Counted from the stretch's first letter, positions 16,919 to 27,667 are shown. The stretch is 64,000 nucleotides of DNA from Candidatus Latescibacterota bacterium (GCA_965223905.1 CBDCXV010000011.1:1056001-1120000); one strand, 5' to 3'. The notes: generated by a model from the sequence alone, not told the origin. Numbers and translations: made by a program.

Positions 16919-17983
16919 ATGGCCAAGGACAGAAGCGACGACTGGGCCTTGCTGGCGCGTTATCTATCCGGCGAGTGCACTGAAGAAGAGAGGGCCGATG
17001 TCGAGGCGGCGATCGCCTCGGACCCTGAAAAAAAGCGCCTCGTCAACTTGATGCACTCCGTGTGGGAGACCACGGAGCCGCAGGCCGGCGGGTCTGATGT
17101 AAGCAGACTGTGGGGCGAGGTTGCCGGGAAGGCGGGGATTGCGGCAGGGTCCGATGCGGCCCGGAACCGCGGCCGCCAGGGGATCGGCGGGCGCCTTGTC
17201 GAGTGGTTTCAGCCGCAGCCGAAGCTCGCCCGGTACTACGCGGCCGCGGCTGTCCTTCTCATCGTCTCCTCGCTGGCATACTACGGGTCCCGGGAAACCG
17301 GGATCCTCCCGTCTTCCCGGGAGACCCGGTGGTTGACGCTGGCGGTCGAGAGCGGCGCCGGCGACGTGCTCACCCTGAGCGACGGCACGCGGATCCGGCT
17401 CGACGCCGGCAGCACCCTGCGCTACCCGGAGAGCTTCCGCGGGGACGAGCGCCCGGTCTTTCTCGGCGGGGAGGGCTATTTCGAGGTGGCGCCCGACGCG
17501 GACAGGCCGTTCAGGGTCCGCCTGGAACACGCTGTCGTCGAAGTGCTCGGGACCCGGTTCAACGTCAGGGCCTGGCAGCCGGAACAGAGGGTCACCGTCG
17601 CCGTGGCGGAAGGAAAGGTCGCGCTCATTTCCGGGCAGGAGAAGAAAGCGGTCGAGATCGGAACGGGTCAGATGAGCACGCTATCTGAAAGCGGCCCCCC
17701 CTCCGAACCGCGCCCCGCCGATATCGACATACACCTGGGGTGGATGCGCCGGGCGGCGTTCTTCGACGACGCCCCCCTGCGGGACGTCCTGTTCCAGCTG
17801 GAACGCTGGTACGATGTCCAATTCACTCTCGAGGACACTTCCATGGCCGCGGAACGACTCACCATGCACGTCGAGGCAAAGTCTCTCGATAGCGTTCTCG
17901 AGCTGATCTCGGCCCTGACGGGACTGGACTGCCGGCGTGACGACGGCAGGGTCCTGCTGGCATCGAGAGACAAGGGCGGATGA
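16919..17983 (+). CDS. FecR-family anti-sigma factor
   Basis: LLARYLSGE, LSDGTRIRLDAGS, GEGYFEV, VLGTRFNV, LERWYDV. Confidence 0.92.
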   Translation: MAKDRSDDWALLARYLSGECTEEERADVEAAIASDPEKKRLVNLMHSVWETTEPQAGGSDVSRLWGEVAGKAGIAAGSDAARNRGRQGIGGRLVEWFQPQPKLARYYAAAAVLLIVSSLAYYGSRETGILPSSRETRWLTLAVESGAGDVLTLSDGTRIRLDAGSTLRYPESFRGDERPVFLGGEGYFEVAPDADRPFRVRLEHAVVEVLGTRFNVRAWQPEQRVTVAVAEGKVALISGQEKKAVEIGTGQMSTLSESGPPSEPRPADIDIHLGWMRRAAFFDDAPLRDVLFQLERWYDVQFTLEDTSMAAERLTMHVEAKSLDSVLELISALTGLDCRRDDGRVLLASRDKGG

Positions 17984-20560
17984 TGGATCGCTTGACGAGA
18001 GCGATGCTCTGGACCATGGCGGCGCTCGCAATCGCCGCTCTGAACGACGCCGCGTCGGCGCGGCCCCCTGCCGTCCAGGTCGGCGGACTGAGGGTGCCCG
18101 AATCCATGCTCACGGTGATATCCGTCGATCTCGAGAACGTCCCTTTCGAGGCGGCCCTTGCAGCCATCGCGGCAAAGGGAAACTTCGACCTGAGCTACAA
18201 CCGCAGCCGCATCCCCGTCGACGAGAAGGTAACCGTGAGCATGGAGGGGGTCCGCGCCCTGGATGCCCTGTCCTACGTGTTGGAGGAAACCGACACGGAA
18301 CTTGCCGTTACCAGCGACGGGCAACTCGCGGTCGTTCCGTCGGCAGCTCCCGATGACCGGCGGGCGGAAAGGTCAGCCACCCTCAGCGGCTTCATCCGCG
18401 ACCGCAGCGACGGCGAGCGCCTGCCCAACGCCACGGTCGCGGTCGGGGACCGGGAAATGGGCACCCTCAGCAACGCCGAAGGCTACTACGCCCTGCCCGG
18501 CATCCCAGCGGGAACCTGGGTTATCGCCGTGTCCTACATCGGCTACGCCGTGCACCGGGACACCCTCCACCTCGCCGCCGGCCAGGAGCTGCGCCGGGAT
18601 ATCGAGCTCGGTCGAGATGAGCTGGAGATGGAAGCCGTCGTCGTCGAAGCCGCGGCGGACCGGGTGGAAAACGAGCTGAGCCGGCAGTCGAGCGTCGTCG
18701 TCCTGCCGATGAAGTCCCTGCAGAAGATGCCTGCCATGGGAGAACCGGACCTGCTGCGCAGTCTGCAGCTGTTGCCCGGCGTCCAGACCGCTTCGGATTA
18801 CAGCAGCGGCCTCTACGTGCGCGGCGGCGGACCCGACCAGACCGGCATCCTGCTGGACCAGGTGCGGCTCTACAACCCGTCGCACGCCTTCGGCTTCTTC
18901 TCCACCTTCAACCCGGATGCCATCAAGGACGTCACCTTCTACAAGGGCGCCTACCCGGCCCAGTACGGCGGCAGCCTCGGGGCCATCCTCGACGTGCAGA
19001 ACCGCGACGGCTGACCGCCGCCGTTTCAGCAACAGCGGCGGCGTCAGCCTGATCTCCAGCCGCTTGATGAGCGAGGGGCCGCTGGGCAGGGGCTCGTGGA
19101 TGGTGGCCGGCCGGCGCACCTACATCGACCCGGCGTTGCGGGCGGTGCGGAGAAGTGTCGACGGCCTCGGCCTGGGCTACTGGTTCTACGACCTCAACGC
19201 CAAGATCAACACCCAGCTGACCCCCGACGACAACCTCATGGTCAGCGCCTATGGGGGGGACGACCATCTCGACATATCGGTGAGCGACAACACCGACACC
19301 CTTTCCTTCGTAAACGAGTGGGGCAACCGCGCCCTGACCGGGCGCTGGACGCACCTGTTTTCGCCGGCGCTCTTCGGGCGCGCCATCCTCCTGTATTCCA
19401 GGTACCACAGCGACATCATCATCGACTTTTTCGGCACCCCCATCGAGATACGCAACAAGGTGCGGGACGTAACTCTCAAGGGGGATCTCGACTGGTTCGC
19501 CTCCCCGGAGCACACCTTGCGCGCCGGTGTCGACCTCACCCGGTTCCGCTTCGATTACGGGGTGCGCTTCGACGAGTACGAAGAGGATCAGGTAGTAGAG
19601 CCGTACCTGCTTTCCGCCTATGTCCAGGACGACTGGCAGGCGACGCCCCTGACCGAGGCCCGGCTGGGTCTGCGCGGAACCTGGTACGAGGAGGGAGGGC
19701 GCCTGTCCCTGAACCCGCGCTTCTCGCTCAGCCGGGTGTTGCAGGAGGGCTTGCGCGTCAAGCTCGCCGGAGGCAGCTACCGGCAATTCCTGCAGCTGGT
19801 GTCGACGGAGGGGTTCGGCGGCGGCGACGTCTGGGTCTCCCTCGACGAGACCGTGGATCCAGGGCGCTCTTTCCAGGCGGTCTCGGGACTGGAGTGGGAG
19901 CCCTCCGGCACCTGGCGGGTCAGCCTCGAGTCCTATTACACGGGCCTGGCCAACCTCGTGCTCCTCGACGAGGACCAGGAGGAGAACGCCGAGCAGGAGA
20001 CCTCGGAGGACATCTTCAAGACCGGGGGAAAGGGCTACGCCACCGGACTGGAGCTGTTCGCCGAAAAACGGCGCGGGGCCCTGACCGGCTGGCTGGGCTA
20101 CACCCTGGGGCGGACGCGGAGAACATTCCCCGAGATCGACGAAGGCCGCTCCTTTCCGCCCAAGTACGACCGGCGGCACGACGTCTCGTTGACCGCCAAG
20201 TACAGCTCGGGCCGCTGGACCTGGACGGCCAATTTCGTCTACGGCACGGGCCAGGCCTACACGCCGGCGGGGGCCCGCTACACCCTGCGCGACCCGGCGT
20301 CCGACCGCCCCGTGGACCGGCTCCTGGCGGCGCGGCGCAACAGCGCCCGGCTGCTTCCCTACCACCGTCTCGATGCCGGGGCGCGGCGCCATGTCCGGCT
20401 CTTCGGCGCCGAGGTCGAGTTCTACCTGCAGATCTTCAATCTGTACAACCGCCGCAACGAGTGGTTCATCCAGTACCACCCCGAGGATTCCGAGCGGGAA
20501 CCGACCGTGGTCGGGATGCTGCCCGTACTGCCGACCTTCGGCTTCGACTTCAGGTTCTGA
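17980..20560 (+). CDS. TonB-dependent receptor/transducer, frameshifted near 19010
   Basis: N-terminal STN-like and carboxypeptidase-regulatory domains, plug GLYVRGGGPDQ, C-terminal LPTFGFDFRF; split over ORFs 17980-19014 and 18917-20560 by one extra base. Confidence 0.88.
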
Positions 20561-20562
20561 CG

Positions 20563-21579
20563 ATGCCTGTATTCCTGTTGCTTCTGACTCTCGCGCCGCT
20601 CCTGTCCTGTGACGCGCCGGGCCCCCTGGCCGCCGACCGGGATCCCGGGGAGCTGTTCGGCCCCGCCGAGGAGGAGCTGATCGTGGTCGACGCCATCCTC
20701 ATCGTCGGCGCGCCGCTGCCGCCGGTCATGTTGCGGCGCACGGAGGCGCCCGGGGTTTCCTACGAGGCCGCGGCCGCCGGCCTGACCGGGGCCGAGGTTC
20801 TGATACGGAGGGGCGACGCCCTGTTCGAGTACCGCGCCGATCCGGCCATGCCGGGGCGCTACCTGCCGCCGGACAGTGCGCCGCGGGTCGAACCCGACCG
20901 CGTTTACGAGCTGCAGGTTGCGAGCGGGGACGCCCCTGTCGTGCGCGCCCGGACCCTGACGCCGGCGCGGGCGCGCATCGAGGAGCTGGTGTGGCTCGAC
21001 GACGACCTGGAGACCGAGCTGCAGCAGCTCAGGCTGTTCTCCGAAATCGGCGACGGGGTCTACGACGCCGGGGAGAACCAGCTGGAGTACCCGGTGGGCG
21101 TGCTGATAGCCCGGCTCGGGGTCGGCGGGGAAACCGGGTTCTACCAGTTCGCCACATTCAACCTCGAGAGCTCCAGTCCGTATCTGTTCGACACCGATTG
21201 GATCGAGGAGGGAGACCTGGAGGAAGAGGAGGACTTCGAGCTGGAGCGCGACAACACCTCCCCCCTGTTTCGTGCCGAAGGAAGCGAGCTCTACGTCCCC
21301 TGGGACGGCATCTATTACGCCGGGCGCTACAAGGTCAGGCTCTACGCCGTCGACCGGAACTGGTTCGACCTCGTGCGCACCGACAACCTCGATTCGGAGC
21401 GCAGCGCCGGGGAGGCGGGCCAGTCCTTTCAGCGGCCCCTCTTCCACGTCGACAACGGGATCGGCCTGTTCGCTTCGGCCTCGGTGGATTCCTTCGGCTT
21501 CTTCGTCCGTCCCGAGGGGAGCCCGGCCTGCTCCGGGTGCGAGTGCTGGGGTTGCGAGGAGGCTTCTCCGAGCGAGTGA
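20563..21579 (+). CDS. DUF4249-like lipoprotein associated with the TonB receptor
   Basis: Lipobox LLSC, LIVVDAIL, HVDNGIGLFAS. Confidence 0.7.
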   Translation: MPVFLLLLTLAPLLSCDAPGPLAADRDPGELFGPAEEELIVVDAILIVGAPLPPVMLRRTEAPGVSYEAAAAGLTGAEVLIRRGDALFEYRADPAMPGRYLPPDSAPRVEPDRVYELQVASGDAPVVRARTLTPARARIEELVWLDDDLETELQQLRLFSEIGDGVYDAGENQLEYPVGVLIARLGVGGETGFYQFATFNLESSSPYLFDTDWIEEGDLEEEEDFELERDNTSPLFRAEGSELYVPWDGIYYAGRYKVRLYAVDRNWFDLVRTDNLDSERSAGEAGQSFQRPLFHVDNGIGLFASASVDSFGFFVRPEGSPACSGCECWGCEEASPSE

Positions 21580-21652
21580 TCGGGCGCCATCGACCGGACA
21601 CTGCCGTCGGTGTACCGACCTCGCTACCCGGCCCCGGGCCGATCTCAGAAGA

Positions 21653-21988
21653 TCAAGCGCGCCAGAAACGCAACGATGGATGTTTCACATCTCGCTTCAG
21701 CAATTGAAAGTTTCCATCTGCCAGTTTTTGAATGTTCGGAGGAAGTTTTCGATAGCATTCCCAAAACGAAGGAGTTGCGAAATGATTTATAGTTCCTTGC
21801 ACTTTCCCAGCCCGGCAATCTCCGATGGCATGGTTAGCCAATCGATCCAACTTCCCCGATATAGCGTCTTCTTCGATCTGAAAATCCCAAGCTTCGGCAT
21901 CAAATTCATCCAACCATTCCCTGAAACGGGCAAGGTCCTCCGGCGAAAGCCGGGAAACGGCTGATTGAAGTTCAGATACGGATTGCAT
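21653..21988 (-). pseudogene. Degenerate antitoxin + RelE/ParE-like toxin pair fused in one ORF
   Basis: SELQSAVSRLSPEDLARFREW...WDFQIEEDAISGKLD antitoxin, then NHFATPSFWECYRKLP...HPSLRF toxin, truncated. Confidence 0.7.
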
Positions 21989-22537
21989 GATTATTTCCTC
22001 CACTTCCCTGGCAAGGCAATTCTATTCTGGGATAATGTACCTTCCTTGTAGGTGCAGGACGAGTCCGGACAACATCTGTCTCGTCAAGGCCCGCTTGTTG
22101 TCTCGTCAAGGCCCGCTGCAACTGAAATGCTTGCTCAGGAAGCTGGATTTCGGCCTCCCCTCCCAGCTGTCCTCGGCCCCACGGCCCAGCGCGGTTCTCA
22201 GAAAACCAGCCGCGCCAAGCTGTGCCGGGGAAGCCTGAAGGCAATCCCGCCTTCCGTCGGCTCGACCTCCAGGCTGCCCGCTCCGAACCTCGACGCCGGC
22301 AGGAAATGGGCGCTGCCCAGGAGCGCGGCCTCCGACAGCTCCGGCGGCTCCTCCGCGTCAAGCGCGCAATTCCGCGTGAATCCGGCCGTCCTCGTTTCCT
22401 GCCGGACTCGCGCGAACACACAGGCTCCCCTCCCCCGGCGGTTCTTGTAGTACCGGGCGGCCATCCTTTCCTTCAACCCCTGCCGCGAAGGCAGACCACC
22501 ATCAACTGAAAACCCGCTTCAACAAAGGGAGATTGTC

Positions 22538-23308
22538 ATGAGTTCGGACACGCCCGGCCGCGTCGCCGGCAAAGTAGCCATCGTCACCGGGGCCGCCTCC
22601 GGGATAGGAGAGGCGACCGCCAAACGGCTGGCCGAAGAGGGGGCCTCGGTCACCGTCGCCGACATCGACGAAACCAACGGCAAGCGCGTCACCGGAGAGA
22701 TCAAGGCCGCCGGGGGAGATGCCTTTTTCGTCAGGACCGACCTGAGCAGGACCCCCCAGATCGAGCGCATGATCGACCGCACCGAGCAGCACTTCGGACG
22801 CCTCGACATCCTCCACAACAACGCCATCGCCTTCCAGCACGGCTCGGCCACCGAGCTCGACGAAACGGGATGGGACCTGACCTTGAACGTCGGGCTGAAG
22901 GCGGTTTTCCTGGCGGCGAAGTTCGGCATCCCGGTGATGCGCCAGACCGGCGGGGGGGTCATCATCAACACCGGATCCGTTCACTCCCTGGTCAGCTTCG
23001 CCACCTGCACCGCGTACGATTCCGCCAAGGCCGGCATCCTCGGGCTCACCCGCGTCCTCGCCCTCGACTACGGCCCGGACATCCGCGTCAACGCGGTGCT
23101 GCCCGGGGCGATCCTCACCCCTTTGTGGGACAACCTCGAGGTGCCGGAAAAGGAGCGGCGCCGCTACGCCGACATGGTGCCGGCGAAACGGCTCGGCTAC
23201 GGCGACGACATCGCCAACGCCGTGCTTTTCCTGGCGTCTGACGAGGCCTCGTTCGTCACCGGCACCCACCTCGTCGTCGACGGCGGGCTGCTCTGCCGCA
23301 CCGAGTAG
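22538..23308 (+). CDS. SDR family oxidoreductase
   Basis: TGAASGIG, NNA, YDSAK, RVNAVLPG. Confidence 0.92.
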   Translation: MSSDTPGRVAGKVAIVTGAASGIGEATAKRLAEEGASVTVADIDETNGKRVTGEIKAAGGDAFFVRTDLSRTPQIERMIDRTEQHFGRLDILHNNAIAFQHGSATELDETGWDLTLNVGLKAVFLAAKFGIPVMRQTGGGVIINTGSVHSLVSFATCTAYDSAKAGILGLTRVLALDYGPDIRVNAVLPGAILTPLWDNLEVPEKERRRYADMVPAKRLGYGDDIANAVLFLASDEASFVTGTHLVVDGGLLCRTE

Positions 23309-23328
23309 GGCGCCCGGGAGGGAGCCGG

Positions 23329-23580
23329 ATGACCTTAAACGGACCCGAGAAGCGGTGGTGCGCCGCCCTCGGTCTGCTCCTGTCACTGACGATGTCGGCG
23401 AGGGCTCATGCCGGCGACCGCGTCTACCCGATTGCCTACCTCACCGACGAGGTGCCGGAGTAGATCCGGCTCGACGTCGATGGCATCCTGCTGTCCGCCG
23501 ACCCGTCCGAACTGGGGGAAGGCAGCGCGGTCGAGTCGGTTGCATGGGGCCGGATCAAGGCTTCCCTGGAGTTGAAGTAG
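23329..23580 (+). pseudogene. Collapsed remnant of a secreted WGRIK-tailed protein
   Basis: Signal peptide...AHAGDRVYPIAYLTDEVPE*IRLDVDGILL...SAVESVAWGRIKASLELK*; in-frame TAG at 23461; most of the body missing. Confidence 0.65.
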
Positions 23581-23661
23581 ATGGCTCCCACCAACCAACC
23601 CCTCTCTCTGACCAACTCGATCTTGGCACGCCCCTCGCCCTGAGGGTCCTTCTCGGAGCCA

Positions 23662-25431
23662 CTACCGGCCGTCCCGGGTCAGGGTCAGGACCTGATTGGC
23701 AGCCACCCCGGACAGCTCCTGCTCGGCGCCGTCCGGCCAGCGCACCGTCAGGAGGTCGACCTGCGCAGCCGGCCCCAGGCCGAAGTGAAGGCGGGTATCG
23801 TCCTGGGACAGGTAGCCGCCCCCGGCGCGCACCTCCCGCAGCATCAACAGCTTTCCGGACCTGGCCGTCACCCGCGCGCCGATGGCGTGGGTGTTCGGGC
23901 CCTGGTCCCGTAGCCGCAGGATCAGCCAGTTGCCGCGGTTGCCCCCGTCGTTGCGCAGCAAGGTGGGGGGCGCGTCGAGGTTGGAGACGACGATGTCGAG
24001 GTCGCCGTCGTCGTCGAGGTCCCCGAGCGCGGAGCCGCGGCTCGACAGCTCGACCTCGAACCCCGGGCCTGACAGCCGCGAGACGTCGATGAAGCGCCCC
24101 CCGGTGTTTTCGTAGAGCTGGTTGGGCTGGCGGTAGCTCGTCCCGAGGCCGCCGCGGTCGACCGCCGGGAAGACGTGCCCGTTGGCGACGAACAGGTCCT
24201 CGTCGCCGTCGTGGTCGCAGTCGAAGAAACCGGCCCCCCAGCCCAGGTACGACAGGCTCGACAGCCCGAGCCCGACCTGCCAGCTGGCGTCGCTGAAACC
24301 GGCGCCTCCCCGGTTCTCGTAGTAGGTGTTGTGGTCGTGGGAGAAATTGGTGACGAAGAGATCGATATCCCCGTCGCCGTCGGGATCGCCCGCGGCCGCA
24401 CCCATCCCGGATTGTTCGCGCCCGTCCTTCTCGAAGGCGGCCCCCGCGACGACGGCGATATCGACGAACCGCCCGGCGTCGTTGCGGTAGAGCACGTTCG
24501 GCGTCGAGTCGTTGGCGACGTAGATGTCGAGGTCGCCGTCGTCGTCGTAATCCCCTGCCACCGCGGCGAGGCCGTAGTACTCGTACTCCAGCAGGCCAAC
24601 TTCGGCCCCGGCGTCGGTGAAGGCCCAGCCGCTTTCCGGCCCTTCGTTGCGGAAGTAGAGGTCCCTGGCGCCGGGCAGGCCGTTGGGCCCGCAGAACACC
24701 TCCGTCAAGCCGCGCCAGGTGCAGTAGGCGTCGCGGTCCTCGGGAACGAAGCCGGGATCGAAGTCGATGTAGTTGGTCAGGTAGAAGTCGAGATCCCCGT
24801 CGCCGTCGAAATCCCCGAACGCCGCGGCCGATCCCCATCCGGGGTGGGCTACCCCCGCGGCCCCGGCGACCTCCCGGAAGCGCTCCCCGTTCCGGTAGAG
24901 GGCGTTGGCGCCGTAGTTGGCGAGGTACAGGTCGACGCGGCCGTCGCCGTCGTAGTCCGCCGCGGCGACCCCCATGCCCCAGCCGACGTGAGCGGCCCCC
25001 AGTTCTCCTGCGACCTCGGCGAAGCGCCACTCCCGGTCGTTGCGGTACAGGGCGGCGCGCGGCGCGGCCCCCTCGGGGACCCCGCCGAGGCGGGAGCCGT
25101 TGGTGAAGAAGATCTCGAGGTCCCCGTCGCCGTCCTGGTCGAAGAGGGCGACCCCCCCGGTGGTGCTCTCGACGATCAGCTTTTTTTCCGGGCTGCCGCT
25201 GACTATGGGGGTTGTGAGCCCCGCCTCGCCGGCGACGTCGACGAAGGGGGGGAACCCTTCCCCGGCCGCTGCGGAACGGCTGGAACCGGGCTGCTCCCGG
25301 GTCACCCGCTCCCCGAGGGAGGAATCCGCCGCGGCAGCCGCAGTTCCTGCCCCCGCGGCAGCGGTTGCGGCAAGGGCGATCCCCCAGAGGGTCAGCTTCG
25401 GTGAAATAGACGCTGCCCTTCTGCTGTCCAT
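23662..25431 (-). CDS. CRTAC1-like FG-GAP repeat / ASPIC-UnbV protein
   Basis: Multiple DxDGDGDLD repeats, AIGARV, GGGYLSQ, LHFGLG, VRWPDG. Confidence 0.92.
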   Translation of the reverse strand: MDSRRAASISPKLTLWGIALAATAAAGAGTAAAAADSSLGERVTREQPGSSRSAAAGEGFPPFVDVAGEAGLTTPIVSGSPEKKLIVESTTGGVALFDQDGDGDLEIFFTNGSRLGGVPEGAAPRAALYRNDREWRFAEVAGELGAAHVGWGMGVAAADYDGDGRVDLYLANYGANALYRNGERFREVAGAAGVAHPGWGSAAAFGDFDGDGDLDFYLTNYIDFDPGFVPEDRDAYCTWRGLTEVFCGPNGLPGARDLYFRNEGPESGWAFTDAGAEVGLLEYEYYGLAAVAGDYDDDGDLDIYVANDSTPNVLYRNDAGRFVDIAVVAGAAFEKDGREQSGMGAAAGDPDGDGDIDLFVTNFSHDHNTYYENRGGAGFSDASWQVGLGLSSLSYLGWGAGFFDCDHDGDEDLFVANGHVFPAVDRGGLGTSYRQPNQLYENTGGRFIDVSRLSGPGFEVELSSRGSALGDLDDDGDLDIVVSNLDAPPTLLRNDGGNRGNWLILRLRDQGPNTHAIGARVTARSGKLLMLREVRAGGGYLSQDDTRLHFGLGPAAQVDLLTVRWPDGAEQELSGVAANQVLTLTRDGR

Positions 25432-25492
25432 GCGCTGGCGCCGCTGCCTTTCACCAAAGGGACCGGGAACCTCCCGGGGCGTTGCGGGCACG

Positions 25493-25821
25493 CCTGGTGA
25501 ATGGAGACTCCTCCGGCATCGGGCTCAGCTTGAGAACCGACGGCTCCGGTGCGGGAAACCGCGATCCCCTGCGGATTGCCGCGGCGAGCCGGCAGGCGGC
25601 CACACGGCGGGGGAACTCCTGGCGAATGAAGGTTTCGTCCGGAATCTGGCCTGCCTTGAGAACCGACGGCTCCGGTGCCGAATCCGTGATCCCCTGCCGA
25701 TTCCGCAGCGAGCCAGCGGGCGGCCAAATGCCGGGAACTCCTGGCGAATGAAGGCTTCGTCCGGCATCCGGCCTCGGGGTCTGAAAAACCGGCTGCCCTG
25801 GCTTCCGAACCCGGAATCCCC
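25493..25821. repeat. Imperfect ~123-bp tandem repeat, about 2.6 copies, intergenic
   Basis: Units start at 25493, 25618, 25740; identical 24-mer CTTGAGAACCGACGGCTCCGGTGC at 25529 and 25655. Confidence 0.8.
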
Positions 25822-25930
25822 ATGAGAATTGCCGGAATCCCGGACCACGGCACGCACCCGCCGGGGCCAGCCGTCCCCGCCCTGCACCGAGGGCCGAAAA
25901 GCCCGCCCCTTGCGGCCGGTTCCCCTCCGC

Positions 25931-27667
25931 TCAGGCGGTGAAGAAGGCGACGACGGTCCAGCAGATCGCCGCCAGGCCGGCGGCGATGGAGGCCTGGGGA
26001 ATCTGCGTCTTGACGTGGTCCATCAGGTCGCAGCCGGTGCACATCGAGCTGAGCACGGTGGTGTCGGAAATCGGCGAGCACTGGTCGCCGTAGACGCTGC
26101 CGTCCATGACCGCGGCGAAGCAGAGGGTCATGAACAGCTCGGGATGGGCGAGGCCGTGAGCCCCGGCGACCGCCCAGGCCAACGGCATGGCCAGGGGGAA
26201 GGCGACCGCGTAGGTGCCCCAGCTCGTGCCGGTGGAGAAGGCGATGACCATGGTCATGACCTGCAGCAGCACGGGCAGCAGGAAGTAGGGAATCGCCGCG
26301 CCGAGCTGCTCGACCAGGAAGATGCCGCCCCCGGTCTCCTTGCTGATGCCGCCGATGGTGATGGCGAGCAGGAGGATTACGGAACCGAGCACCACCCCCT
26401 TGAGGCCGTCGTGAAAGCCGGAGACGAGGTCCTTGAGCGACATCCCCTTGGCCAGGGCCATCCCAGCGGCGAGCAGCAGGGCCGTGCCGAAGGCCCACTG
26501 CACGTTGGGAGAGCCCCCGACGACGAAGGTGCCGACGGCGATGCCGATGAGGGCGATCAGGGGCAGGAAGAACTCCAGCACGTGCGGGGTGTAGCCTGCG
26601 GGCACGTTGCTTCCCTGCAGCTCCTTTGCGCTCAGGGGGGCGGCCCCGTCGGCGTCGAGCTGGCCGGTCTCGCGGGAGCGCTCCATGGCCGCCTTGAGCC
26701 GTTTGCCGAGGAACAGGGGCTTCTCGATGCTGAGGAGAAGGGTGCCGAGCACGGCGAAGATCGCGTAGAAGCAGAACGGCACGCTCTGGAAGAAGAAGGC
26801 GATGCGGTCGGTCTCGGTGGCGAGGAAGCTGACGCCGGAGACGAAGATGAAGGCCTGGACGTACCCGGGCCAGGCGTTGAAGGCGAGCTGGGAAGCGATC
26901 GGCGAGGCGGTCGAGTCGACGATGTAGGACAGCTCTTCGTGGCTGACTTTTTCGTTGTCGGCGATCGGCTTGACCGTGGTGCCGACCAGCACGGTGCTGA
27001 CCGTGCCCCCCTGGAAGAAGACGACGCCGAGCATCCAGGCGACGAGCTTGGCGCTCCTGGGGCCGCGCACGAAGCGCACGGTCATGAACTCGGCGAACGC
27101 CTTCGCCGCGCCGGTGCGGGACCAGATCCCCATGAGCCCGCCGAGCAGCCAGAGGTAGAGCAGCAGTACCCCGGCGGAGCTCGTGGAGGCCAGCGAGGGG
27201 ATCAGCACATCGCCGGTGAAGTCGTAGCGGCTCAGCACCAGGGCCCCTGAGAGGATGCCGCCGAGGAGGGAAGTGACCGGCTCCTTGGTCAGCCAGCACA
27301 GGAGCACGGCGACTACCGCGGGCAGCAGGGACCAGAAGCCCCAGTGGTGCTTCGCCAGCAGCTGGTAGTAGAAGGTCCGGGGCTCCCCCTCCTCCATTTT
27401 GACCGCGGAGACGAACTCCTTGGTCACCACAGGGGCCTCGCGCGAGCCCTTCATTCTCTCGGGGTTGAGCCGCGCGTCCTCCATAGGGACGGCTTCGAAA
27501 TAGGCCGGCTTGTCCCGGTATATGTAGTAGAGCCTGCCGTCGCTGTCGCTGCGGGCATCGAGGGCGACCTGCTCGACGGTCCAGGTCGGGGCCACGTTGA
27601 TGCCGACGATCCAGGAGACGATCAGGGCGATGGCGAAAACGACGAACTTGCGGATACCTGGGCTCAT
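25931..27667 (-). CDS. Na+/H+ antiporter NhaC-family transporter
   Basis: SYIVDSTASP, FSTGTSWGT, GDQCSPISDTT, DHVKTQ. Confidence 0.9.
   Translation of the reverse strand: MSPGIRKFVVFAIALIVSWIVGINVAPTWTVEQVALDARSDSDGRLYYIYRDKPAYFEAVPMEDARLNPERMKGSREAPVVTKEFVSAVKMEEGEPRTFYYQLLAKHHWGFWSLLPAVVAVLLCWLTKEPVTSLLGGILSGALVLSRYDFTGDVLIPSLASTSSAGVLLLYLWLLGGLMGIWSRTGAAKAFAEFMTVRFVRGPRSAKLVAWMLGVVFFQGGTVSTVLVGTTVKPIADNEKVSHEELSYIVDSTASPIASQLAFNAWPGYVQAFIFVSGVSFLATETDRIAFFFQSVPFCFYAIFAVLGTLLLSIEKPLFLGKRLKAAMERSRETGQLDADGAAPLSAKELQGSNVPAGYTPHVLEFFLPLIALIGIAVGTFVVGGSPNVQWAFGTALLLAAGMALAKGMSLKDLVSGFHDGLKGVVLGSVILLLAITIGGISKETGGGIFLVEQLGAAIPYFLLPVLLQVMTMVIAFSTGTSWGTYAVAFPLAMPLAWAVAGAHGLAHPELFMTLCFAAVMDGSVYGDQCSPISDTTVLSSMCTGCDLMDHVKTQIPQASIAAGLAAICWTVVAFFTA

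Noticed and set aside
19005-19020. Programmed frameshifting or phase variation in the TonB receptor, deacylase (34350), PhyH (35665) and FlgD paralog (46510)
   Set aside because: Scattered 1-2 nt indels, some in homopolymers, are more simply explained by sequencing error; reads are needed.
25493-25821. CRISPR array
   Set aside because: Sequences between the conserved 24-mers are similar to each other and about 100 bp long; no cas genes.
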